This document shows positions 37,044-47,100 of a DNA stretch of 64,000 nt, piece after piece (positions within the stretch are counted from its first letter, which is position 1; each line of letters begins with the position of its first letter). Source of the DNA: Candidatus Thalassarchaeaceae archaeon (GTDB lineage: Archaea; Thermoplasmatota; Poseidoniia; Poseidoniales; Thalassarchaeaceae); assembly GCA_030748775.1 (NCBI GenBank), contig JASMLH010000004.1, positions 27,234 through 91,233 on the forward strand, written 5' to 3'. Under the pieces are notes generated by a model. The model worked only from the letters and a program-made list of their open reading frames with translations. It made no database searches and was not told the origin of the DNA. The translations under genes were made by a program, and so were the position numbers.

Positions 37044-37685
37044 CTATTCGTTCTCATTTTCCTCTTCTGAGCCGTCGTCGCTGCCCGAGTCGTCGTCGGT
37101 TTCCAGATTCTTCATCTCTTCAATAACGGCCTGCTTCTGCTCGCGGAAGGTCTCATGCTTGGACTGGATCTCCTTGCTTGCAGCGATTGCCCTGTCTATC
37201 ATGTCATGCCTTACCTTGATGGCCTCGCTTAGATCCTCGAACAGTTGCATGTGCTGCACGTACCAATCGTCCCGAGCGGATAACTCGGCTACTGCGGCCT
37301 TGTTCTCCTCATCGATCTCCTCTGCCACGGTAATGACTGAGCCGAGTCTGGCGGTCTCTCTGGAGAGCAGTTCCTTTGTCTTATCAAGCTCGTCCTCCAA
37401 GTAAGGGATCTTTGTATTGGCCTTGGCAAGCTGGACCTCCATGTCGTCCTTCTCCCTTCGGAGGTTGGAGAGAAGCGTCTCCTTACTCTCGACATCGACA
37501 ATACCGTCCCTGATCTCTCGATTCAGTGCCTCTATCCGAACCTTCAAATCTGAAATCTCGGTTTCCTGGCCCTGGTAGGCAAGTAGTAGCTTATCCAATG
37601 CGTCCTTGTCCTTTGCAGCCTGCTGCTCAAGCTGGTTAATGCGGTCCTGAGGATTTCCGCCGGTCGGGTCGTCTTGCCCCATCAT
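37044..37685 (-). CDS. hypothetical coiled-coil protein with acidic tail
   Basis: 213 aa with heptad-rich charged sequence and a C-terminal DDDSGSDDGSEEENENE. No family recognised. Confidence 0.55.
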   Translation of the reverse strand: MMGQDDPTGGNPQDRINQLEQQAAKDKDALDKLLLAYQGQETEISDLKVRIEALNREIRDGIVDVESKETLLSNLRREKDDMEVQLAKANTKIPYLEDELDKTKELLSRETARLGSVITVAEEIDEENKAAVAELSARDDWYVQHMQLFEDLSEAIKVRHDMIDRAIAASKEIQSKHETFREQKQAVIEEMKNLETDDDSGSDDGSEEENENE

Positions 37686-37751
37686 CTCTTACGGTCCACA
37701 GGTGACCCCGATATAACCCCGGCGGCATCTGAGTCATACAATAATGTAAAA

Positions 37752-39170
37752 TCAGGAGTTTCCGGAAACTGCGGCGATTGTTGAGGATAACACAACAGTT
37801 AGCCTCTTTGAAGAAGGAATGTGGAGCTTCTCGTCGGGGCCGTGAGCGTTGTTCCCAGGACCGGAAGTTCCGGTACAAAGGAACATCGCATCGGGGTACT
37901 TTCGCTGCATCATTGCCATGAACGGTATCGTACCCCCTGTCCACGTAGCTAGAGGAGGGAGGCCTGTAAGTGACACTGAAGCTTCGTGAATCGCTTCGCG
38001 GACCTTGCCCTCCATAGGCGGGGCGTGGAATCCGTCTGCACAGGAGTCTGGAGTGAAGGATACCTCTGAGCCAAAGGGAGGGTCCTTCTCCAAAATCTCC
38101 TTGGCAATGGAGATCGCAGACTCTGAGTCAACACCTGGGGGAATTCTGAAACTGAGTTTCAGATCGGTATTGGTCCTCAGAACGTTGCCTGCAACCTGAA
38201 CAGCCGGAATTCCGTCTGCGCCGATTATCGAGAGGGTTGGCTCCCAGTTCATAGCCAAGATCATCTCCTCGGTGGAGTCTGCAACTCGCTCCAAGGAATC
38301 TACGGTAGGAAACTGCTCCCAGATGCTATCTCCCACAACTTCAGCTAGAGCAGTGGCCTTTTCGTGGACCTCCTGGTCAATCTCTACGTGCATCTCGGGA
38401 ATTAGGACCTTTCCAGTTGAAGAGTCCTCCACCCGGTCCAATAGTATCCTAATTATCCTAAATGAAGATGGTATCGAACCCCCCGAGTTGCCAGAATGTA
38501 TCCCCTCGTGAGAAACCTTGACCGACAGAGTCCCAGAAACAAGCCCCCTGAGTGCCTCGGTCATCCAAACGTGCTCGTAATCAGGTCCCCCGCTGTCCAA
38601 TACCACCACCATGTCTGGTTCGCCCATCTGCTCTGATAGCGCTTCCAAATACGGAGGCAAATCAAACGAGCCTGACTCCTCGCAGGTCTCAATCAGGAAG
38701 GTGCACTTGGGATGGGGGATTCCCTCCTCCTGAAGCAGGCGGACGGCTGTTGCGCAGAGATATCCCCCATATCCATCGTCTACTGAGCCCCTTCCGTATA
38801 GCCATGGATCCCTTCGCACTGCCTTTAGCGGATCCAGTCCTTCAGACCATAGCTCTGGCTTTGATGGCTGCTTGTCCAAGTGAGAGTAGAATATCACCTC
38901 CCCAGGTCCGGTTCCCTCTACGGTAACCAATAAGACAGGAGACTTGTCTTCAATCCTATGAGTCTGATAGCTCATCCCAGATATTCCTTGATCGTCGAGC
39001 CAACGACAAAACAGTTCAATGGTCTCATCGAGCTCACCCAGTTCGGCCCAATGTGGCTCAAAGAGTGGCGATAGGGCCTTGATTCCTATGAAATCGGAAA
39101 GGCTGGGTAGGATCGAGTTCTCCCAAATCTCGTCGCTTCTGCTCATCATCGATTCCAAGTCTGGCTGCAT
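37752..39170 (-). CDS. M20-family metallopeptidase (dipeptidase/ArgE-DapE-like)
   Basis: YSHLDKQP, GRGSVDDGYG and ETCEESGS metal-ligand motifs. 472 aa. Confidence 0.85.
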   Translation of the reverse strand: MQPDLESMMSRSDEIWENSILPSLSDFIGIKALSPLFEPHWAELGELDETIELFCRWLDDQGISGMSYQTHRIEDKSPVLLVTVEGTGPGEVIFYSHLDKQPSKPELWSEGLDPLKAVRRDPWLYGRGSVDDGYGGYLCATAVRLLQEEGIPHPKCTFLIETCEESGSFDLPPYLEALSEQMGEPDMVVVLDSGGPDYEHVWMTEALRGLVSGTLSVKVSHEGIHSGNSGGSIPSSFRIIRILLDRVEDSSTGKVLIPEMHVEIDQEVHEKATALAEVVGDSIWEQFPTVDSLERVADSTEEMILAMNWEPTLSIIGADGIPAVQVAGNVLRTNTDLKLSFRIPPGVDSESAISIAKEILEKDPPFGSEVSFTPDSCADGFHAPPMEGKVREAIHEASVSLTGLPPLATWTGGTIPFMAMMQRKYPDAMFLCTGTSGPGNNAHGPDEKLHIPSSKRLTVVLSSTIAAVSGNS

Positions 39171-39217
39171 GTGACGTTGTCAGAGTATGCGCTCATGGAC
39201 CCTTCGACTGTGAGTTG

Positions 39218-42200
39218 TCACTCAGCGGGCCCGCATATTGGCTTCATGCCACTATGAAATGGGCATGATTCGCAAGCAGATGCGGCCTGACCAGACAACT
39301 GAGGGAATTCGGCGATAGGCAGTTGAGAGGAAAGAGCAATCTTAGCGGACCTGGCAAGAAGTGTATGAAGATCGGAGATTGACTCCTGGAGCATTTCTCT
39401 GGGATATTCGACCAACCTTCCAGTAGCTCCCACAAGTATAGCCGGTGAAAGTACATCCCTGTGAGGTATTCCGCGGTCCATCTTTTCTGCCTCCGTGCGA
39501 GATAGCGCTAGGTGGTATAGGGCAAGTTGTAGTCTGTGCTTCCTGAGCATCCTTTCCTCTGCCTCGCACATTGGGCCTGCTTCCGTACATCCCAAAGCGT
39601 CGAGCAAGCCCGTTCTTTCGCGTTCGGAAAGCCTGTCTGCTCCTTCTGTCTTCAAATCTACTGGCCTGATATTGGATTCTCCAGATGAGGTACTTGTACA
39701 AAGGACCAAGTCAATGACTCCACTCATCTCGATGACCGATGAGTCCATTGTGGCAAGAGTCTCGTACCCATCGGGGGTCCACCTGCTCCTCTCGATTTCG
39801 TCAAAATTGACTGGAACTTGGATATTGAATGGCATTTCTGTTCTCAGTCCATCCAGTGAGTGCTCGTCGACTTCCCTTCCTGCAACGAGTTCGCCTATCT
39901 TTCCCCCTCCTATCCTTTCGGCCATTTCTCGCGCTACTCTCGCAACCTCAGAAGAATTAGCAGAGGGAGGGAGCATCTCCTCGAAAACAGTGGCATGAAG
40001 GCTCTCATCCGATAGCAAATCTGGACTGGACTTGGTCCATGAAGGAGGTAGCGGATGGGTCTTTGCTCCTTCACCGGGTCCTGGGTTACCTATTCCAATC
40101 TCCACTATCCTGTGGAAGATGGTTCCGAAGGTGGCCGAATCCAGGTTCATGGGATTTGAGTAGCTGGACCCTGCAGAAGCGTGTGGTAGCACTGGTTCTG
40201 GGTCAATTCCGCCACGGGTCTCCAGCCATTGCCTCCTTGCACAATCCTGGAACACTGGGAGTTGGCTTGGTTTGATACTAACTCTGGTGATTCGCTCATT
40301 TCTCACTGATGGTGCCTCCGTTCCACTCAAATCTGGCTGATAGCGGGAGAACTTGTCGATATCCTCGATTCTTTGTAGAGGTGTCTTAATTTTCTGGTGC
40401 TCATTTTCTTCCTTCAAGAAGCAAGAGGGTTCGTGCATAACTAGCATTCCTCCATGATTTCCTTCATTGCCGAGGTAGGCCCGGTCCAGCATCAAACCGG
40501 GGTCAATGATTAGTGAGCCAGAAGTCGGTGTGCCCTCCGATGTACTCAGAGTAGAACCACTGTTCCATGGAGAGGCTTGCTCTTCCCTCCTTATGGAACC
40601 CTGTCTTAGCGACTCTGCCCACATCTGTCCGAGCTGGGGTATCGACGTGTCATATGTCCATGGAAGCCGAATGCCCTCGCCTTCAACCCACTCGGATCCC
40701 CTAGGCGATCCGGCGATGATCAATTTCTCCTCCGCCCTGGTGGCGGCCACGTATAGCAGTCTCCTCGCCTCTGCGCTCTTCCTTGCCCTATGAAGAATTG
40801 AGACGTGCTCCCAGATTGTTGAACGGGCGTAGGTACCATCCGAAGGCCATGGGTTCGGATGTCCAGCGAAAAGTTCCGGGCTGACAATTAACCTACTGTT
40901 CTGCTCATTCCTCATGTTTGTCTGTCGGTTTGAGAAAATATCCGCAATGATTACAACACGTGCTTCCAATCCCTTCGAACTGTGAATTGTCATAACTCGG
41001 ACAGCATCGCTGGGAGGGGTTGTCTCTGCCACCAGTGGGGTCTCGCTCCTCTCCCGGAGTTCCCTTATCCTGTCGGCTAGAACGATTGGGTCGCCTCCTA
41101 CTTCCAAAGAAATCCTACGGACCATTTCGACAAATTGCTCTGAGTCTTGCCTGGATACCTCGTCCGGGTAGGTTACGAGCAGGTCTGATCTGTCGATTGT
41201 CTCCTCGAGTATCTCTACCAGGTTAGAAGAGTTGGACAAATGGTACCATCTCTTTGCGAGTGACCTCTGGCGTTCTGACAGGCCTTTTTCCGACAGTTGG
41301 AGCAATAGGTTTGTCCCCTTCTTTGATGATTCTAGGAAGTCTTGTAGTTGTCCATCGTCCATGCCAATTAGGCACGAGCGTGCGACCCATGCTGCATTGT
41401 GCCTCGATGTAGGCCTTGCAACTAGTTGCAACAGTCCCTCAAGAGCACTGGATGTGGGCCTATCTAGGATATCTCCCTCTATGTCGACCTGGGTAGGCAC
41501 CCCCATATCGTGCAGGTGCCTGACGATGATGTCCCTAATTTTCACCCTGTTAGGAAGAAGGATCAAGATTTCGCTGGGTTTGATTGGCTCCTGTTCTGCT
41601 GAGTGACGCCAGTCTCCGTTTGATGAAAGTGCTCGTACCGAGGTTCCCTCCAGTAGGCTCTTGACCCTCAAAGCAATCAGCATTGCCTGCCTCTCCAGAC
41701 GATCTTTCTCACCAGGTCCGAATGGATCCAGGTGAGTTCCCAAGTCAATTGGTGGATTGTCACCTTCGGGGGTGTCGATGGGGCAAATCCACTCAACTGA
41801 GCCAGGATTTCCACGTTTGTCAGGAGATGGGAATAGCGTCTGAGGCGAGGCGTAGAAGTCCCCGTTTCTCAGGAGGTGGTGCCTGTCGGAGAATACGTCC
41901 TCCCACCACTCGTTCATTATCCCAAGAAGGCCTCCCTCGGTCCGGTAGTTTACCTGAAGGGAAATCAGTCCTTCTTTTCTATCCCTTACCTCTGCTCTTC
42001 CTGGTGCGGGAAGTTCCCTATCGGTGGAGTCGAATGGAATCCAAGAGACGAGATCGCGGCCTCCCTTTTCCATGTGTTCAGATGCCTTGGCGATTGAGAT
42101 CGAGTGGTCATTCCTTGGATCTCTGCTATGGGATTCTCTTCTAAGGGCAGGATGTCTTGTCAGCTCATCAACACTGTTGAGCTCATGTGTGTTTATTCTT

Positions 42201-44149
42201 CTCAGCGTCTGTGCGAACTCAACGAAACCGGTAACCTCGGCCTGCCTGAAGGCGTAAATGCTCTGCTTTACGTCCCCCACATAGCATACTGTCGGCTGCC
42301 AGGGAGTATCAGGAACGGGGGGCTCTTCCTCGCCAATCTCTCTTGGACCCCATAGACGTGAGAGAATTCTCCACTGTAGAGGCGAGTTGTCTTGGGCTTC
42401 GTCGATAATGAATGCCCTGTACCTACGTCTAATTTCACGTAGAAGTTTGTATCTTCCTTCAAGGTCCGATCTAATTGCCCCCAGCAATGATGCCGAGGCT
42501 CCAGAAGATGCGGGGTCTCCTTCCAGAATCGTCAGGGCCTCGAAGGCCCTGGAAATGTGGTCGTCCCTCCAAGGCCTCTCCCCCAAAGAATCCAAGGCAA
42601 CCTGAATTGAAGGATGATAGAACGGTCTGCATGTTTCTGGGCAATTCGTCAGAAGCAGGTCGCCAGCCAATTTCTGCACATCGTCGAAGTCGTGGACCTC
42701 TTCTCGTTCCTTGAGTCGCTTCAGGATTCCCTGGAATCCTAGGTGCAATAGGTGAAGGTCACCTAGGTTCCTGACCTCTGCTTCTAGGGTGAAGTGGTAT
42801 TTCCCCCTTGGATTATCTAGCCTTTCTGGAAGGAAAAGCGGGAGTGGGGAGCTTGGTGGCTCCCAGTCGTCTGATACCCCTGGGGGTTTCGAGTTTTCTA
42901 GAGTGATTGCGGCACGAACGAAGTGCAGTAGTATCCTATCAGTCTCTCCGGACCAAATTTCACCAAATGATGAGATTTGCTCCTTTAGAAGCATTAGGAA
43001 GTTCTCCTTGGTGTTCTTGTCTGAAATCTTTGAGTAACTCTCGACACCTGGGGCCCAGTCGTCGGAGGGGAATTGGTTTCGGGGGAAGAATGTCATTTTC
43101 TTGCTCATCAGAGTCGATTTTGAGACTGTACACACCAATACTTGTCCCATCCATCGGAGCTTGCCCCACAATTCCACCGGTGGACCGCTTCTGTCTAACT
43201 CGTCCAAGCAGGACATTCTGGAGATCGCTGGCCATCCAACTGAAGAAGGAGACTGGATGTGATCCTTGAAAATCTGGCAAATATTGGATACGATACTATG
43301 CAATATTTCGGCCTGCTTCTTGACCTGCTGCTCATCTGCTGATTCCAATATCTTAGTCATCAATAGATCGGGATCTACAGTCCCATCTTCCTTCATTATC
43401 TTCCGAGCTGCCTCATCGATGAACACCGACTTCGAAGCAAGTCCTCGAAGAACCCTAGAAGCGGCTCGACTTCCGGAGTAGCTTCGTGAAACTCTATCTC
43501 TTGCTGATAGCACATCGGCGACAATTTGCGCCGGAATTCCGGCGTCTACTGCATCTCCAATTCTTGATTTGGCGCTGGGAAGTCTCCAAAGTGTCCTGAG
43601 GGCAGAGTCGACTAGTATATTCCTGCCAGCATCAGTTACATTTTCCCTGCTCAGAGCATCGCCGAGTTTTCCTCGGAAAGGAGAAACCAGTTGGCTCAAG
43701 AATGAGTCAATGGTTCCAATTGGCGCATCCTCCAATAGGGTGAGGAGTTGTTCTATGAATCCCTGATTCCTGATCCTTGGATCTGTCCTATTTCTCCCAT
43801 TATCCCCTATTGGTCCTGGTTTCAATCGAGAAATTTCCTTACGGAGTCGGTCCCTCATCTCATCTGCAGCTCTGTTGGTAAACGTCAGGAGTACAACCTC
43901 TCCCGGAAGTAATCCCCCCCATTCTCGAAGGTCTATCCTTTCAGATGGAGGAGATGAAATCGTCCCAGATCTTAGTTTGGCTGGACGGGTTGGTTTTGGA
44001 AGAAGCCTAGTAGCTCTCTGGTCTTCTGAAAGATAGTGCTCAATCACCCGATCTACAATGGTGCTGGTTTTTCCTGTTCCTGCTCCAGCATCGATTACGA
44101 TATGTGAATCTAGATTCAGAGCCAATCGCTGAGCAGTGTTCAGTCTCAT
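39218..44149 (-). CDS. addA: AddA/RecB-like SF1 (UvrD-type) helicase fused to a RecB-family nuclease, 1643 aa
   Basis: Motif I DAGAGTGKTS, Ia LLTFTNRAADEM, II FIIDEAQDNS, III VGDVKQSIYAFRQA, IV QVNYRT, V IHSSKGLEARVV, VI LLYVAATRAEEKLII. Nuclease motifs GVIDLVLC...VDLKTEG...LQLALYHL, plus Cys 1303 and CESCPFHSGMKPIC. Confidence 0.8.
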   Translation of the reverse strand: MRLNTAQRLALNLDSHIVIDAGAGTGKTSTIVDRVIEHYLSEDQRATRLLPKPTRPAKLRSGTISSPPSERIDLREWGGLLPGEVVLLTFTNRAADEMRDRLRKEISRLKPGPIGDNGRNRTDPRIRNQGFIEQLLTLLEDAPIGTIDSFLSQLVSPFRGKLGDALSRENVTDAGRNILVDSALRTLWRLPSAKSRIGDAVDAGIPAQIVADVLSARDRVSRSYSGSRAASRVLRGLASKSVFIDEAARKIMKEDGTVDPDLLMTKILESADEQQVKKQAEILHSIVSNICQIFKDHIQSPSSVGWPAISRMSCLDELDRSGPPVELWGKLRWMGQVLVCTVSKSTLMSKKMTFFPRNQFPSDDWAPGVESYSKISDKNTKENFLMLLKEQISSFGEIWSGETDRILLHFVRAAITLENSKPPGVSDDWEPPSSPLPLFLPERLDNPRGKYHFTLEAEVRNLGDLHLLHLGFQGILKRLKEREEVHDFDDVQKLAGDLLLTNCPETCRPFYHPSIQVALDSLGERPWRDDHISRAFEALTILEGDPASSGASASLLGAIRSDLEGRYKLLREIRRRYRAFIIDEAQDNSPLQWRILSRLWGPREIGEEEPPVPDTPWQPTVCYVGDVKQSIYAFRQAEVTGFVEFAQTLRRINTHELNSVDELTRHPALRRESHSRDPRNDHSISIAKASEHMEKGGRDLVSWIPFDSTDRELPAPGRAEVRDRKEGLISLQVNYRTEGGLLGIMNEWWEDVFSDRHHLLRNGDFYASPQTLFPSPDKRGNPGSVEWICPIDTPEGDNPPIDLGTHLDPFGPGEKDRLERQAMLIALRVKSLLEGTSVRALSSNGDWRHSAEQEPIKPSEILILLPNRVKIRDIIVRHLHDMGVPTQVDIEGDILDRPTSSALEGLLQLVARPTSRHNAAWVARSCLIGMDDGQLQDFLESSKKGTNLLLQLSEKGLSERQRSLAKRWYHLSNSSNLVEILEETIDRSDLLVTYPDEVSRQDSEQFVEMVRRISLEVGGDPIVLADRIRELRERSETPLVAETTPPSDAVRVMTIHSSKGLEARVVIIADIFSNRQTNMRNEQNSRLIVSPELFAGHPNPWPSDGTYARSTIWEHVSILHRARKSAEARRLLYVAATRAEEKLIIAGSPRGSEWVEGEGIRLPWTYDTSIPQLGQMWAESLRQGSIRREEQASPWNSGSTLSTSEGTPTSGSLIIDPGLMLDRAYLGNEGNHGGMLVMHEPSCFLKEENEHQKIKTPLQRIEDIDKFSRYQPDLSGTEAPSVRNERITRVSIKPSQLPVFQDCARRQWLETRGGIDPEPVLPHASAGSSYSNPMNLDSATFGTIFHRIVEIGIGNPGPGEGAKTHPLPPSWTKSSPDLLSDESLHATVFEEMLPPSANSSEVARVAREMAERIGGGKIGELVAGREVDEHSLDGLRTEMPFNIQVPVNFDEIERSRWTPDGYETLATMDSSVIEMSGVIDLVLCTSTSSGESNIRPVDLKTEGADRLSERERTGLLDALGCTEAGPMCEAEERMLRKHRLQLALYHLALSRTEAEKMDRGIPHRDVLSPAILVGATGRLVEYPREMLQESISDLHTLLARSAKIALSSQLPIAEFPQLSGQAASACESCPFHSGMKPICGPAE

Positions 44150-47100
44150 CTGAAGTCACCCTCTTCCATGACATGGCAAGTCTTGCTAACCGAACAGTAC
44201 TGACAGACACCGGGAGAGGGAGTTGGGTGAACTCTGCCAGTGGATGCTTGTGCTGCGACCCTCAGTGCAACGGAAATTCGATGGGCCATCCAGGCTCTGA
44301 AGTGGTCACTTGTGGAAGGTGGTTTTTCGTCCGAGAACCTATAGAGTCTTGAGGTGATGGAAGTCCTAGTTCCAAGACGGAGCTGCGGTAGGCTCTCGGA
44401 GTAGTTGGATGATATCTCCAAGCGGTGCTCAGAATTATGACCGAAGAGGGAAATCCCCGCCGCTAAAACTAGATCACCTGGATGAGAAACCTCCCAAGCC
44501 CTGGCATAAATGGCAAGTTGGAGTTCCTCGAGCAGTCCCTTGAGGTGCCTCCTCGATGAAGACCCGGTGTCAGTGGTCTTCAAGTCCCTGATAGCAATAA
44601 TTCGCCTTGGTTTCCAGTCTGAGCCTTGCAGCCTAATCGGGGCAACACTGAGGTCTCCTTCTTCATCTAGCCAATTCTGGGCCAGGTCATCGAACGGAAG
44701 TAGGTCAACCCTATCTATGAAACCCCGGATCTTGATTGGTGGGATTTTTTCGCCGCTAGTGAACTCCGGAGAGAGGGAGATTTCCACCCCATCTTCATGG
44801 AAGTTATCGGTACTCCACTCTAGTGAGATTGGTGAGGAGTCAGCACATGACGATTCGGATGAGACAATCGTGCCTATCCGACCAGATACAGGTAGCTGAG
44901 TCGGTTCGGCCAGCCAACCCCCCCACTGCTTGAGATTCATCCCCGTCAGCGAACGAAGACTGTGAGTTGCCACAGCATCTGTACGCTCCAGCCAGGGAGC
45001 CCTAGAGTCTAGTGACTCAAACGCTAATTGCATTAATTCGCCCTCGCTGATTCCAGATCGAGAGATGCTGGGTATTTTCTCAACTCCCGATATATCCCTC
45101 TCATCCCCCATGGGGATTCCCAGTACTCGTGATAGGATGTCATGATGGACTAGATGGAGTAGATTGCCCTGTGTTCTGCTATCAATTTCCTCTCCAATCA
45201 ACTCCTCGTTATCTACCATCAGGCCTCTGGATAGCCAGCCACTTCTAGGGCACTCTAGCCACTTCTGGAGTCTGGTTGGCGACCAGACGCGAACGTCCTG
45301 CTCGGCTCCTTCTGAATGTCCATGCCTGGAGTCACTGACCAATGACCCAGTGGGAGCAGGCGAGAATGGCCTCGGGTCTATGGTTGGGGAATGCTTGCCT
45401 GAATCATTGACCCCACCTATTACCGGCCATCTTGGATTATTTCTTGGATGGGCCACGCCCTCGGGAGTTCTTGCATTGAGGCTGGACCTCTCGAACGAGA
45501 GGACATGGGGTGAAGCCGAAGAGGGAAGGTACCCATCATCCTCCGATCTGAAGGGTTGTCGTCTTTGGCGGTCCACTTGCATCTCGAAGTCTAGACCTAT
45601 CGACACTGCACTAGGATTGATTGGAGGCCTTGAAGGAGGCTGATTATTCCTAATCTGGTTCCCGTCGAACTGGCGAAAGTCCCTGGGAGCTGCCAGTTGC
45701 CCCTCAGTCGGGTTGATCTCTGACTTGGTTCCATCTGGGTCAAAGGCCCCCGCCCACTCTCTGATGGGAGCGGCCGGGGGACGGGTTTCGTCTAGAGTCG
45801 GATCTAGGACGATGACCTCAGCTGCCGAATTTAGCAGATGCTTGAGATGGTGCCGTGCATCTCGAATAGGACCATCTGGCCTCAGGATGTCCATTGAGTT
45901 CCGCTCTTCATCTCCAATGAAGGGAAACTTGGGGACCCTGAGGTTCCATGATGAAGAAGATAAGTTGCATAGAATGGTGATATCGGAGTTACAACCGAGC
46001 GCCTCGCTAGGCCCCATCAAGCGTACTCTGCCAGTTGCCCCGGTTGCGTTTCCCCTTATGGAGGACTCGAGGCAGAGGGAAGTGAATTCTGCAACCCAAT
46101 CTTGCCCGCCTGCTGGAGCCTTCTGTCCTGTGTGTTCCTGCATCTCCCTAAGACTTGAATGACCTCTCCAAATTGTCTGAATTACTGAGGCTGGAGAGGT
46201 AGATTCACCATCGAGATTTTCCATTGCAGAGGAAATATCGAATGAAGATAGTGTGTTCAGAAGCCATTCGTCCCCATCATGCGGTGGCTCTGGTAATGGT
46301 AGCCTATTTCCAGTTACGCAGCCAACGGAAACCGAGTCTTCTTCCAGTGCCTTTCTGTCTTCTGGCCGCAATAGAGGCTTTAGCGAGTTGGCGATGCAAA
46401 GCAACCACCATTGAGTGCATTCTTTTGCTAAGGCGTTCTTTTCCTCTGAAGGGGGTCTCGACATTGTCGAAAGCCATCTGGAAAGAGCCCCGGGGCCACC
46501 GAGAACGTGTTCTTCCCTTGCAAGGTTAGTCAGTAGTTCTGAATCTGCCATGGGACTCAGAGAACTGTCTGATGGGTGCTCGGAGATGAGTTCGAAAGGT
46601 GAAATGGCTTGCTGAAGAGAAAGTGCCCTCAGGGACTCAAGTGAGAAAGAGTCGGGCCCATAGGGGAGATTTGCTAGGAAGAGTGTCCAATGGGCATAAC
46701 TGTCAGAGGTAAGGTTTCTTCTTGACCGATTGATAAGAATTCCAAGCTCGGAAAGCAATCTTTCCCACTTAATTCTATTTTCTTCGATTGCCGGATCGAC
46801 TATCATCACTGTAGCATTGGGTTTGTCGAGTAGCCGTTCTTGAGTTAGCCTGATTGCAGTTTCGAAGGAATGCTTCTCTCTCCGGAGAAGGATCCTCCTT
46901 ACATTCGAGCCATTATGTTCATTCCCCCTTTCCGAACGGACTATCCATTCCGGGAGTTCTTCGGGATTGGTAATTGGGTACTCGTCTACCAAAAGGTGGC
47001 CATGATGGCCAAGACGGAAACTTCCTGGATAAGACAGTTGATGGATTGGTCTAAGTCGGGAAATCTGCAATAGCATCTCAGAGTAGGATTTGCACATTCC

